IMG/VR virus record: IMGVR_UViG_3300031857_000091
Span: 1-64,000 of that record
From: a virus
Length of the DNA: 64,000 bases
Strand: one strand, 5' to 3'
Shown here: positions 9,815 through 19,904 of the stretch, piece by piece
Numbering within the stretch: the stretch's first letter is position 1
Layout of the letters: each line of letters opens with the position of its first letter
Translations under genes and position numbers: made by a program
Notes under the pieces: model-generated
What the model saw: only the letters and a program-made list of their open reading frames with translations
Told to the model about the DNA's origin: nothing
Databases searched by the model: none

Positions 9815-11701
9815 TTAGCGACTGTGTTTGTGAGTTTCCGGCTCTGATAGAGCGTGTTTCATAAAATCAAAGTCAACGATTGTAGATATATTGGCAGGAA
9901 TCGCCTCAATCTCTACCTTTTCTAGCTTAAAGAGAGGAGAATCGACAAGAAATAGATTCTTTTTTGCCCGAGATAATGCCACGTAAATTAAATTCTGCTC
10001 TTGTTGTAATTCCCAATCAGATACGGCTTTATTGGTATAGGGCAGATTAGTATAGCCCAAAACATAAAGCGTATCTGCTTCATCCCCCTTGGCTCGATGA
10101 ATAGAGCTGAGAATGATTCCACCGTCAGACTCATCGGTAAATAGTTCTTTGACTGATTCCTCAAACATGACAAAAGACCTGCATTTATCTCCAATATCAT
10201 TCATCAGGATACAAATACATTCAGCCTTGTCTGCCAATATTTCTGCTAACGATTCTTGACCATTATCTTTTAACTCTTGAATCTTCTTATTAGTCGCCTG
10301 ATTCCAGTTATTAAAGCCCTTTTGCCCGTCCCAATCATCTTGCGTCTCATGGTAAGGCTTTAACATATTAATTAATTCCCAGAATAAGTCTGCACGCCCT
10401 CTTATTTTGGCTGGCTTCTTATGCAAGTACAAGGAAACACATAACCTTACTAATGGCGCATTCATTCTTGAAACTACTAAGTCTCCGGCTTGCAGTCTCC
10501 AAATTAATGAAGTTTGCTTTATGTGCTCAACATACCCTTGACTATTTTTCTCGTAGGCAACAAAATTATTGTGATATCCTTTATCAACGATGTAATTGAC
10601 AATATTTTTACCGCAGCGATAGGTATAGCTCATGTCTATCTCAATCAAATTAAAGCGCCTTTTTAACTCATCCCAACAGTCTGGCACTGCATACTGAAAC
10701 CCATAAATACTTTGGCGAGGATCTCCTACAGCTATTATTCTTGCTCCCAACTTATAATGTTTTTCGATTAATGTTATCTGGGCATTGTTTAAATCTTGAC
10801 ATTCATCTACGAGCAAAACATTTTTACTTGTAGCAGGTAAATCTAACTTGTTAGGGAGATAAACCATGTCATCAAAATCGATTAAATTCTGTTTAATATA
10901 AATCTGATCGTTTTTCTCTAATACGTCTGGGATTGCTAATAAAATAGCTTGTTCCAGTATTTTTTGAAGAGGACCCCAGTAGACCTCTGCCTTTAATAAC
11001 AACAAATTCAATTTGTAAGTACTAATCAAGCTTTCTAGATTTTCTAAGGTGGGAGATGTTAGGGTTTTCTTGCAAGCCCCTACTATTTCTGTTTGCCAGT
11101 CTATTAAAGCTTGTTTGTTTAATGGCTTCTTTTCTCCTTTAACTGGTGTTTTGAGAAAATCAAAGAATTTACCTAGAGAGTCTAATGTCTCGGATGATAA
11201 GTATTTTACATAAATAGACATATTCCTCTTTTCCTGGTCTTCGGAAAAAAGTAAATCTATCTCGTTTGTTATTATTTTGCGGACCTTAGACTCTTCAACC
11301 TTGGGCTTTCTTCCATAACTATTTTTTATCAGCAGCGAATAACCTAATCCGTGGGAAGTTGATGCCTTTTGATTGCTTCCATCTAATACCCCGGATTGTA
11401 TCAACACATCTTTAATATGCTGATTAAAAGCAACAATTAAGATTTTAGAGCCTTTTAAGAAAAGAAATATTAACGCCTTTAATAAGGTAGTTTTTCCCCC
11501 TCCGGCTTTAGCGTTGACAATATAGTTGCTTTGAGTTTCAGCTATTGCCTCAAATATTTTTAACTGTTCATGATTCCATGGGAATTCTTTGCAATAAAAC
11601 CACCAGCTAGACGGAGTAAAAGGGTATTTACTAGATTTTCTGGGAAATGAATAATTAAAATATTTATCAAAATAAGTAGGCGGGAATAAAAAAGTATTCA
11701 T
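9815..11701 (-). CDS. UvrD/Rep-like superfamily 1 helicase
   Basis: Walker A AKAGGGKT, LVDECQD, VGDPRQSIYGF, SSIHRAKGDE, YVALSRAKK. Confidence 0.9.
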   Translation of the reverse strand: MNTFLFPPTYFDKYFNYSFPRKSSKYPFTPSSWWFYCKEFPWNHEQLKIFEAIAETQSNYIVNAKAGGGKTTLLKALIFLFLKGSKILIVAFNQHIKDVLIQSGVLDGSNQKASTSHGLGYSLLIKNSYGRKPKVEESKVRKIITNEIDLLFSEDQEKRNMSIYVKYLSSETLDSLGKFFDFLKTPVKGEKKPLNKQALIDWQTEIVGACKKTLTSPTLENLESLISTYKLNLLLLKAEVYWGPLQKILEQAILLAIPDVLEKNDQIYIKQNLIDFDDMVYLPNKLDLPATSKNVLLVDECQDLNNAQITLIEKHYKLGARIIAVGDPRQSIYGFQYAVPDCWDELKRRFNLIEIDMSYTYRCGKNIVNYIVDKGYHNNFVAYEKNSQGYVEHIKQTSLIWRLQAGDLVVSRMNAPLVRLCVSLYLHKKPAKIRGRADLFWELINMLKPYHETQDDWDGQKGFNNWNQATNKKIQELKDNGQESLAEILADKAECICILMNDIGDKCRSFVMFEESVKELFTDESDGGIILSSIHRAKGDEADTLYVLGYTNLPYTNKAVSDWELQQEQNLIYVALSRAKKNLFLVDSPLFKLEKVEIEAIPANISTIVDFDFMKHALSEPETHKHSR

Positions 11702-11822
11702 TGTTTTTGATTTATGTTTGTTGTAATTTATTTATATCAGCATTGGTGCTTTTTATTTTTAAACAAAAAAACCCGGTTATCAACCGGGGTAAATAGAAAA
11801 TGGAAAAGCAAACTAGTTAATT

Positions 11823-12236
11823 TTAATACTGTCTGCCGTAATTAAATTGTAAATAATACTGTTTTATTGCATCTAAAACCTTGTTTATTTTTTCATGTAA
11901 TTTATTTAATTCTGTATTTTTCTCTCCAAAAATAGCATCAAACATTGGCTTCGTTGATAAATGAACTGCGATTAATTCCACAACATCATCTTTTGAAACA
12001 ATTACTCCATGCGCTCTCATTTGCAACCACACAATTAATTCATCAACAGTTTCTCGCACATTTGAATCTTTTAAAATCAAAAAATGAATACTCTGTTCTT
12101 TCTTTGTCAGCTCTTCGTCCCAATCTATTTTTTGTAATTGTCTAAGCAAATCATTGATGTTGTAATTACTGTCATTCATATTAGTTAAGGAGATTTTGTG
12201 GTACTTAAATCCCCGGGGAATGCCCGGGGTAATCAA
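11823..12236 (-). CDS. Small protein resembling a fragment of type ISP restriction-modification enzymes
   Basis: VSKDDVVELIAVHLSTKPMFDAIF resembles, from memory, the SxDEAIEMLAQHLITKPVFDALF segment of type ISP enzymes; likely start at MNDSNY. Confidence 0.45.
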   Translation of the reverse strand: MITPGIPRGFKYHKISLTNMNDSNYNINDLLRQLQKIDWDEELTKKEQSIHFLILKDSNVRETVDELIVWLQMRAHGVIVSKDDVVELIAVHLSTKPMFDAIFGEKNTELNKLHEKINKVLDAIKQYYLQFNYGRQY

Positions 12237-12277
12237 AAAATGGAAACAATTGAATTAGATATTTATCTGCAATCAGG

Positions 12278-13000
12278 TTAAACAAATAATGCAATTACGT
12301 CTTCTGGATATGTGTTCACCAGCCCAAATCTTGGATCGGCTACCGGACTAACAGTGATACCATGATTCTTGCAATAAGCCGTGGCTTTTTTCCCAATAAC
12401 CGCAGCTTGTTGAACAGGAATCGCCCCAAGATTATGTTTTCTGTAGTAACCAACTACAGCTAAATAATGTCCGTTTGGATTAAATATGCGGTCAATTTCG
12501 GCATCATGTTGATGAGTTAATAATTCTAGTTCAGCTAACTTTTGTGATTGCAATTGCTGTTCAAGTTCTAACCGCTGCTGTCTTTGTTCGAGAGCGATAA
12601 TAGCTTCAGCCTGAATTTTTAGTAATTCGCCGGGAGTTAATGGCTTGGGTTCGTATTTACCTGTCTTACGAATTTGGGGAAGTACTTCACTTGTTACCCA
12701 TTTTTTAAAGGCTTTGGCTGATGGTTTTGTACTGCCAAAAATAACAGCGTATAATCCTGACTCGTTAATAATCGAAACTTTGAAAGTATTGCTACTAAAG
12801 GATTCGGCTATTTTCGCCGCTTCTATTTTTTGTGGGTTAATGACTTGCTTATCTTCTTCATCAACCAAGTCAAGCATTCGACGATTATCGACGTATTCCA
12901 GCACTTGTGCCACGTCTTTGGCAACAAACCATGGTTCATTGTCAAGAACTAAGATGCGGACTTGATTAGACTGAAAAGCAAACTGTGCTAAAATGCTCAT
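12278..13000 (-). CDS. Bro-N domain antirepressor-like protein
   Basis: EPWFVAKDVAQVL, INESGLYAVIFGSTKPSAKAFKKWVTSEVLPQIRKTGKY. Confidence 0.92.
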   Translation of the reverse strand: MSILAQFAFQSNQVRILVLDNEPWFVAKDVAQVLEYVDNRRMLDLVDEEDKQVINPQKIEAAKIAESFSSNTFKVSIINESGLYAVIFGSTKPSAKAFKKWVTSEVLPQIRKTGKYEPKPLTPGELLKIQAEAIIALEQRQQRLELEQQLQSQKLAELELLTHQHDAEIDRIFNPNGHYLAVVGYYRKHNLGAIPVQQAAVIGKKATAYCKNHGITVSPVADPRFGLVNTYPEDVIALFV

Positions 13001-13027
13001 TGTTGATCCTGTGCTATAGGGTTGACT

Positions 13028-13057
13028 GCCCCTGGGTGCTCCTACACCGCGAGGGGC
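13028..13057 (-). promoter_or_regulatory. Leader hairpin (CCCCT-cgc-GGTG-loop-CACC-c-AGGGG), copy 1
   Basis: Same bulged hairpin at 25221-25248 and 28008-28035, each ~30 nt upstream of an ATG. Confidence 0.7.
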
Positions 13058-13197
13058 TTTTTCTCATATTATCATATTTGTGATTTTACAAACTAAAAAA
13101 AGATAAAATAGAAATTAAATCCTAGTGTTGTGCCTTTTGTGCTTCCTTTCATCGATTGGGTACGAGCTCAAGGAATTTGACAACACAAGGTCAACAT

Positions 13198-13584
13198 CTA
13201 ATTTATTTTCACAATTCGGTCTGCAATAATTGATTTAACTCCTGGTAGATTCACGGCTTCTACAATTTGTGACTTTAGACCTTTGGCTACTAAAGCTCCA
13301 CTAGTTTCCCCTTGCCATTGAATATCTATCGACAAATTCTGCAAAGCTGTTACGGTTTGTTCTACCGTTATTGCCAATTGCTGTTTTGTATGTTCAATCA
13401 ATGCTTTACGATATTCAGTGCGAGAGGGAAACTCACTAGGTAAAATTTGATTAGTGGAAGATGCCTCTAGATTATCTTCTTGTAAGATAATAATTACTTG
13501 TAATTGTTCATCTTTCCCTGCATTAGTTAAGACTTCTCGCAATAAAGGATCGATTTTAGCTTGTTGAAAAGGAGTAAGATTCAT
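13198..13584 (-). CDS. Stand-alone subtilase propeptide (inhibitor I9-like) protein
   Basis: KIDPLLREVL..VIIIL..ALVAKGLKSQIVEAVNLPGVKSIIADRIV resembles S8 protease prodomains. Confidence 0.5.
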   Translation of the reverse strand: MNLTPFQQAKIDPLLREVLTNAGKDEQLQVIIILQEDNLEASSTNQILPSEFPSRTEYRKALIEHTKQQLAITVEQTVTALQNLSIDIQWQGETSGALVAKGLKSQIVEAVNLPGVKSIIADRIVKIN

Positions 13585-13657
13585 GATTTAATTGGTTTTA
13601 ATTTATTTACAATTAATAATATTCTATTTTTGAATCTTTTAATAGTCGGGGAATTCG

Positions 13658-13930
13658 TCAAATAAGTATCAATTCTTGTTCATTATTTTGCTCATCTTTA
13701 ATCATTAGTTTTTTGCCTGTACCCTTTAATCCTGCGTATAGCTGCATTACTTGAACACCTCTGATTATAACTTCATCAGGTCTTATTCCAAGCTTCTTAG
13801 CTAAATCTTTAATTATGTCGTTGTCCGGTGCTGTGACTGTATAATTAATAATTTTGTTTTTGGTTTTAGTTGCCATGAAATTTACTTTAACAGACTTTAA
13901 ATAAAAGCTAAAACTGCTTAAACCATGCAA
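13658..13930 (-). CDS. Small ribbon-helix-helix/CopG-like protein
   Basis: INYTVTAPDNDIIKDLAKKLGIRPDEVIIRGV pattern. Confidence 0.5.
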   Translation of the reverse strand: MHGLSSFSFYLKSVKVNFMATKTKNKIINYTVTAPDNDIIKDLAKKLGIRPDEVIIRGVQVMQLYAGLKGTGKKLMIKDEQNNEQELILI

Positions 13931-13945
13931 AAAATAAATTTATTT

Positions 13946-15583
13946 TCAACTATTTAGTAAAATAAAATTTAAACAAGCTTGAATCAATCCAAGAAATAGA
14001 GGATGAGGTTTATTAGGGCGAGATAAAAACTCAGGATGAAACTGCGTGCCAATAAAAAAAGGATGAGCCGGATACTCTATAATCTCTACTAGATTTTCAG
14101 TAGGGGAAACTCCACTAACCTTGTATCCACTAGCGTTAAACAATCGCAAAAATTTATTATTAAATTCATACCTGTGACGATGACGCTCATAGATACTTTC
14201 ACATTGATAAAGCAATTGAGCTTGAGTATCGTCTCTCAGTAAACATTTATAAGCCCCTAGCCTCATTGTCCCACCTATAAAATTTTGTTTTTGTTGGTTG
14301 GGAGATAAAGTAATTACTTTATTTGGCGACATACTATCCCACTCTTCACTGGTGGCGTTAGTCATCCCCATTATGTTTCTAGCCCATTCTACAACTGCGC
14401 ACTGCATTCCCAAGCAAATTCCCAGAAAAGGGATTTTAGTCTCTCTAGCATATTGAATTGCCTTGATTTTGCCTTCTATTCCCCTAGTCCCAAACCCTCC
14501 TGGAACTATTACTCCATTAACTCCCTCTAGCAACATCTGAGCGCCTCGTTTCTCGATTTCCTCTGAATCTACCCAATCAATAGTCAAGTTAGTGTCAAGT
14601 TTGGCAGCAGCATGATTTAAAGCCTCGGAAATAGACAGATAGGCTGATGGGAGCTTTACATATTTTCCTACAATAGCTATATCTATACGATGTGTTGTAG
14701 TCTTTATCCTTTGAACATAGTCAGTCCATTGAGTTAAGTTTGTATCAAATTTTGCCAATCCCAACTGGGTTAATTTTTCCAATCCCATTAAGGTTATAGC
14801 TTGACGGGCTAAACCAGCTTTTTCTAGTAGCAATGGAACTTGATAAATACTGGTTGCGTCTAAAGCGTTAATAATAGAATCTATAGGAACATCACAGAAT
14901 CCTGATAGCTTTTCTTTAACATCATCCGATATTGGGCGATCGCTTCGACAAACCAAGATATCTGGTTGAATACCTAAAGACCTTAATTCTTTTACCGAGT
15001 GTTGCGTTGGCTTTGTTTTCGTTTCTCCAGCGGTACGAATCCATGGGATTAAAGTGACATGAAGATAAAGAACATTTTCTTTTCCCACTTCCTTTTTATA
15101 TTGCCGAATCGCTTCTAAGAAAGGGAAAGACTCAATATCCCCTACAGTCCCACCGACTTCTACCAAGATAATGTCTGCATTGCTTGACTCGGCTAAACAA
15201 GTAATTCTTCTTTTTATTTCGTCGGTAACGTGAGGAATTACTTGAACCGTAGCACCGTCATATTTTCCAGCTCTTTCATTTTCTATAACTTGCGAGTAGA
15301 CTTGTCCCGTGGTGACATTATTTAATTGACTCGTAGGAATATCCGTAAATCGCTCATAATGTCCTAGATCTAAATCTGTTTCCGCACCATCTTCTGTGAC
15401 AAAAACTTCGCCATGCTGTATGGGACTCATTATGCCGGGGTCAACGTTAATATAAGGGTCAAGCTTTAGGATTGAGATTGAATACCCTCTTGCCTTTAAT
15501 AAAGCCCCTAAACTTGCAGTAACTATCCCCTTTCCTATGCTAGAGACAACGCCCCCTGTCACAAAAATAAATTTAGTAATCAT
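13946..15583 (-). CDS. pyrG: CTP synthase
   Basis: [60 protein letters not shown]. Confidence 0.98.
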   Translation of the reverse strand: MITKFIFVTGGVVSSIGKGIVTASLGALLKARGYSISILKLDPYINVDPGIMSPIQHGEVFVTEDGAETDLDLGHYERFTDIPTSQLNNVTTGQVYSQVIENERAGKYDGATVQVIPHVTDEIKRRITCLAESSNADIILVEVGGTVGDIESFPFLEAIRQYKKEVGKENVLYLHVTLIPWIRTAGETKTKPTQHSVKELRSLGIQPDILVCRSDRPISDDVKEKLSGFCDVPIDSIINALDATSIYQVPLLLEKAGLARQAITLMGLEKLTQLGLAKFDTNLTQWTDYVQRIKTTTHRIDIAIVGKYVKLPSAYLSISEALNHAAAKLDTNLTIDWVDSEEIEKRGAQMLLEGVNGVIVPGGFGTRGIEGKIKAIQYARETKIPFLGICLGMQCAVVEWARNIMGMTNATSEEWDSMSPNKVITLSPNQQKQNFIGGTMRLGAYKCLLRDDTQAQLLYQCESIYERHRHRYEFNNKFLRLFNASGYKVSGVSPTENLVEIIEYPAHPFFIGTQFHPEFLSRPNKPHPLFLGLIQACLNFILLNS

Positions 15584-16023
15584 CTTAAAACCTCAAATAC
15601 TCTATTAGTCTGTATTGGACTATCATCCGAGATGATTTTTTCTATTTGGAAGGGAAGCACTTTTAACCCATGGTAGTCTTTAAAGCATTTATTTGGTCTG
15701 GGTTTAGCCGTGAAAGAGATACAGCATTCTTTTCTTTTTGCCTTGTAAATTTCGGCAATATATTCTTGTCTGGTTTCTTCTCCAGTTAATAAGCCCATAG
15801 CCGGGACAATAAAAGAAAAAGTTAACAAGCCACAGTTTCTCTCCTGCATTACTTGTATTAAGCTAGAATCAACCTTGAAAAAACAAGGGGAAGCATCTTT
15901 AAATTTTGTCACATATACATACCCAAAGCATGGTATAAACCCTTCATACTTTAGATAATCCGTCGGAACTTCTCTAGGCAATCCCTTATCTTTTATGTCT
16001 TTCCAGCTTTTGCTTTTTCCCAT
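15580..16023 (-). CDS. Hypothetical protein
   Basis: 147-aa ORF overlapping the pyrG start. Confidence 0.6.
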   Translation of the reverse strand: MGKSKSWKDIKDKGLPREVPTDYLKYEGFIPCFGYVYVTKFKDASPCFFKVDSSLIQVMQERNCGLLTFSFIVPAMGLLTGEETRQEYIAEIYKAKRKECCISFTAKPRPNKCFKDYHGLKVLPFQIEKIISDDSPIQTNRVFEVLR

Positions 16024-16206
16024 TGATTTGTTTTATTAAGCTTGTTTTTAATAGTTTACCTTTATATTTTGTAGTGAAAGCCTTTAAATATAAACTCTCC
16101 AAACAAGATTAAAACTTTTCTTGTTTGGAGATAGATTAAATTATATGTGTGGAGATTAAAAATTTTTTATATTTATTTAGCCCTATTTGCATAGGGCTTT
16201 TCAGCC

Positions 16207-16596
16207 TTATTTACCGAATTTCTCGGTAAAATAAACGTCTCGCATCCAATCCCAAGCGTCTCCACTTGTAAAGCTTTTGTCCACTTTTTTAAGTGCTTTG
16301 GCGCACGGTAAGATTATTTCCTTAAAGACTTGCTTGTTAGTCATGGTTTTGACGTGGTTATAAGCCGTCCCAGAAATGCGACCAGTAGCTATGCCGTGGT
16401 ATAAGCCATATAGCAACTCGCTATAACCATACTCATAACCGTTATCGGGTAATCGTTTTAAAGCTCTGTATAATGGAGCATAGTCAAAATCAACTCGGAT
16501 AACTTCATTTAGCGTTTTTTCGCTAATGTAGCAAAGCTCTTTGAGAGCTTTGAGCGTAGGAACAGAGGTAATGGAAGCGGTAAAAAAAGTAGCCAT
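16207..16596 (-). CDS. Hypothetical protein (promoter-cassette gene)
   Basis: AGGAG RBS, upstream conserved promoter, downstream hairpin terminator. Confidence 0.7.
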   Translation of the reverse strand: MATFFTASITSVPTLKALKELCYISEKTLNEVIRVDFDYAPLYRALKRLPDNGYEYGYSELLYGLYHGIATGRISGTAYNHVKTMTNKQVFKEIILPCAKALKKVDKSFTSGDAWDWMRDVYFTEKFGK

Positions 16597-16649
16597 GAGA
16601 GAAACTCCTAAAAGAAAGGTTTAAGTATTGGCTCTCAACCAACTCTTTT

Positions 16650-16678
16650 ACTATAGTTGATACTTTTAAAAATGTCAA
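16650..16678 (-). promoter_or_regulatory. Conserved sigma70-type promoter, copy 1
   Basis: TTGACA-tttttaaaagtatcaac(17)-TATAGT. Confidence 0.85.
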
Positions 16679-16824
16679 GTACTTTTAAGGAAAAGTTTGT
16701 GAATAAACTTTTGAGCCTAATAAGATAGATATTAATCTTAAAAATCACTAAAGAACAATAGGGACAGTTATAACAATCGCTTCACTTTCGTGTTAGCAAG
16801 GGAAAACTACTATAAGCCTTTTCT
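16653..16824 (+). pseudogene. Degenerate duplicate of parA promoter region and first ~25 codons
   Basis: Near-identical to ~17368-17540, but ATG changed to ATA and an in-frame TAG in the Walker A codons. Confidence 0.85.
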
Positions 16825-16877
16825 TGTTTGGAGGTTAAATTATGTGTGTGGAGATTAGCGATCGCTTTTTATTTTAA

Positions 16878-16949
16878 TGGCAAAGACTGGAATCGAACCA
16901 GCTACCTGCGGGGTATGAACCCGCCGAGCTACCATTGCTCCACTTTGCT
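16878..16949 (-). tRNA. tRNA-Met(CAT), initiator type
   Basis: Cloverleaf AGCAAAG/CTTTGCC, D arm GAGC/GCTC, anticodon stem GCGGG-TTCATAC-CCCGC (three G-C pairs), T loop TTCGATT; 1:72 mismatch; CCA not encoded. Confidence 0.92.
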
Positions 16950-17017
16950 ATTTCTAGTATACCGTAACTTATTTCACGAAATATAAAAATAAAAAAAGCC
17001 CCTTTCGGGGCGGTTGA

Positions 17018-17332
17018 TTATTTTGTTAAAAACTTGAGGTTAAACTTTTTCCAGATATCTTGAGGATTATACTGTTTGCTTTTTATAGCATTGATTACGT
17101 TTTCCGCGTCATAATCTGTTAGTTTCCACTTAACTTCAGTAATGGTGTAGGTCTCGGTTTCGAGGTCAAACTCAACCTCACCTTGTTTCCAGATAACGAG
17201 ATTGCCTTTTGTATCTCTTTCTGCTTTGATTTGAGCAAACTTATAGTGAGACTCAATAAATTCTAATAAAACTTTTATTTCAGACTCGGTGCTGTAGTAG
17301 TTGTTTAGGTAGCTGGTAGGTTGTGCAATCAT
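17018..17332 (-). CDS. Hypothetical protein (promoter-cassette gene)
   Basis: 104-aa ORF with conserved promoter and GCCCC/GGGGC terminator. Confidence 0.7.
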   Translation of the reverse strand: MIAQPTSYLNNYYSTESEIKVLLEFIESHYKFAQIKAERDTKGNLVIWKQGEVEFDLETETYTITEVKWKLTDYDAENVINAIKSKQYNPQDIWKKFNLKFLTK

Positions 17333-17364
17333 GTCAGTTATTCCTGTTTTGTCTTTACTCTTCT

Positions 17365-17393
17365 ATCATAGTTGATACTTTTAAAAATGTCAA
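17365..17393 (-). promoter_or_regulatory. Conserved sigma70-type promoter, copy 2
   Basis: TTGACA-tttttaaaagtatcaac(17)-TATGAT. Confidence 0.85.
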
Positions 17394-17473
17394 GTACTTT
17401 TAGAAAAAAAGTTTGTGAATAAACTTTTGAGCCTAATAAGATAGATATTAATCTTAAAAATCACTAAAGAACA

Positions 17474-18253
17474 ATGGGGACAGTTATAACAATCGCCTCA
17501 CTTTCGGGCGGGCAAGGGAAAACTACTATAAGCTTCTTCCTGAGTAAATATCTGGCAACTAGAGGAAAAGTATTAGCCTGTGATATTGACCCCCAAGCTA
17601 ATCTAACTTTCTTTTTGGGCTACGACCTTGGCAGTACTGAAGCAAGTGCCTACGAGTTAATCACAGGAGAGGTAGAGCCTCACCACTGTATCTACTGGTC
17701 TCACAATAATGCGCAGCTGCATATTATTCCCACTGATGATGGCTTAGCAAAAGCCCAAGAATTCTTATCATCTAGTGGGATGGGCGCACTAGTCCTTAAA
17801 TCTCGCATTGCCCAGATAAAAGAGCAATTTGATTTCATTATTATTGACTCGCCACCATCTCGGACTCAACTAGCATTAACTACCCTAGGTGCGGCAGACG
17901 TGGTCATTATCCCCGTCGAAACCCACGTTAAAGGAATTAACTCATTACTTAGGACATTAGAGCTATTAGACGGCTTAAACACGTTAGGGCAGGTGACTCC
18001 AAAAATACTAGGGGTGATTCCTTTTAGAGATAGATGGATAGGGCGTACTCAACAAAGACAGTCAAGAGAGGCGATCGCCATCATGAGGGAAATTGCCTTA
18101 GAACGTGGTTTTACTGTTTTTAATTCCCTGATAGAGTCTGAGCGCTACAAGCAAGCAATAGACAAAGGGATACTGTTAGACGCTCTTGGATATCCTGAGT
18201 TAATGATTCCGTTCCAACAAATAGAGGTAGCCTTATGTCAGATTCAGCATTAA
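17474..18253 (+). CDS. parA: ParA family partition ATPase
   Basis: SLSGGQGKTT deviant Walker A, DIDPQANLT, DFIIIDSPP. Confidence 0.95.
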   Translation: MGTVITIASLSGGQGKTTISFFLSKYLATRGKVLACDIDPQANLTFFLGYDLGSTEASAYELITGEVEPHHCIYWSHNNAQLHIIPTDDGLAKAQEFLSSSGMGALVLKSRIAQIKEQFDFIIIDSPPSRTQLALTTLGAADVVIIPVETHVKGINSLLRTLELLDGLNTLGQVTPKILGVIPFRDRWIGRTQQRQSREAIAIMREIALERGFTVFNSLIESERYKQAIDKGILLDALGYPELMIPFQQIEVALCQIQH

Positions 18254-18579
18254 ACCGCTTAAACGAGAAACGCAAAATGGTTAACGAAAGAAAAGATAGC
18301 TTGTTTGATAATGCGATCGCTGACAAGCAAGAAGAATACCCAGAATACTCTAGAGTCACTATCAAAATGGAAGTAGGGATAGATTCTCGGGTACGAACTA
18401 TTTGTTCAAATGAAAAGCTAAGTAAAGAAGCTTTTATCGAGGCTACCTGTGATTGGCTCTTGGATAAGCCGGAAATTATAGAAGAAATTTTATTACTGGC
18501 AAGAAAAAAGGCTTTTTACAGGAAGCAAGTAGGAACTAAGCGCAGGGCTAAAACAATGGTGCAAAAATTCTGCGAGTAA
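18235..18579 (+). CDS. Small ParA partner (putative centromere-binding protein)
   Basis: 114-aa ORF overlapping parA end; RHH-like RVTIKMEVGIDSRVRTIC segment; type Ib-like layout. Confidence 0.6.
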   Translation: MSDSALNRLNEKRKMVNERKDSLFDNAIADKQEEYPEYSRVTIKMEVGIDSRVRTICSNEKLSKEAFIEATCDWLLDKPEIIEEILLLARKKAFYRKQVGTKRRAKTMVQKFCE

Positions 18580-18599
18580 CAAACCAAGTCCAAAACTCT

Positions 18600-18626
18600 T
18601 CGCTCTTTAATTAGAGCGATTTTTTA
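18600..18626 (+). terminator. Intrinsic terminator of par operon
   Basis: TCGCTCT-ttaatt-AGAGCGA followed by T run. Confidence 0.7.
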
Positions 18627-18664
18627 TTAATAAATATATATGTAATTATACCCTAAAATCTTTG

Positions 18665-19152
18665 ACGCATCCGTCAACCACGCAGGTTCTAGCTTGCTAC
18701 AAGTCTTGTTTTATTTTTAAACGCATTCTAATAGAAACTCTCAAACCCTTATAAAATAACAATTTTTAAAATTAGTAGTATAATAATTTTAAGCTTTTTA
18801 AACTTAAACGCATCCGTCAACCATGCAAATTTCAGCCTATTTTAACGTTATAATACAGCAGAACCTATCAAATTTAATAAAAAGCCGTTTCATCCCTTAA
18901 CCGTGCGGGTTTAAAGACTTTTTTACTAACCAATCACTAACATTAGCTGTCGGAAAAAGGTTAGGCAAAAATCGCTATCATCCCTTAACCATAATAGTTT
19001 TAACCTCTTTTCTACCCTTATCAAAAAACCGACACCCTCGCGCATCCGTCAACCATGCGGGTTTTAGGGGTTTAAAACTTTAGGTTACTTTAGCTTAATA
19101 GCTATCTTACTTTTGATATGCAAAAATTGCTATCATCCGTTAACCACAATAC
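18665..19152 (+). repeat. Array of six CATCC(G/C)T(C/T)AACC direct repeats (parS or iteron candidate)
   Basis: Cores at 18668, 18811, 18891, 18979, 19043, 19134 in a 1.2-kb non-coding gap after the par genes. Confidence 0.8.
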
Positions 19153-19904
19153 TTTTGGCAATTAGTAATATATTTGTGAGTGCTGTTTAAAAAACAAGAG
19201 GTAGGTAAAATTTTTACCCCCCCATCTATATATAAGAAGATATTTTTTTTAAACAAATAACTGGTTTATTTATTTCTAACTATCTGGTTTGGATGTTTAA
19301 AAAAAATTAATAAATTCCGGAGTGCGCGCAAATGCGCGAGAGCGTGTTTATTTTTTTTTCGGATTGGAAACCTAACAGCCAGGCGACCGCAAGTCTCAGG
19401 ATGAGGGAAACTACCGATAGCAGTTGGATTTGAGTAATTTTCTCTTTAGCCGGAAATAGTTTGTTTTTTTATTTAGCCTAAAAGTTTTGCTCCAGAGGGC
19501 GCGTGAGGCTCGAAAAAATGGATAAATGAATAATCCTATTAACTGGGTAGTAAAGTGTCTAGAATTTGACGCTAGAGGTCTCTGAGAGAATATTTGCTAT
19601 TGAGTAGGGGTGTACCCAAACAGAAAAATATCAAGCCTAACTTGCTGTAGCAAAAATATGTTTAATTAATAAAACATTTAAAAAATTAGCAAAAAGCTTA
19701 TCAGTTATGGATTGCAGTCATGTTAACAATTGTCCCTCGCACCGTATTACTTTAAAGTATACTTGTCCCTCGCGTCGTATTGCGTTAAATGTATAGATAG
19801 TTGTAATAAAATTTGTCTGGTAAAAATTGATTAAATTAATAAATTGCCAGACAATTTTTTTAAAAATTACTGTTAAGCTAAGAGACAAAATCAACATAAT
19901 TTTA

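Noticed and set aside
16878-16949. tRNA as prophage attachment site
   Set aside because: No integrase or duplicated tRNA 3' end in the window, and phage genes lie on both sides.
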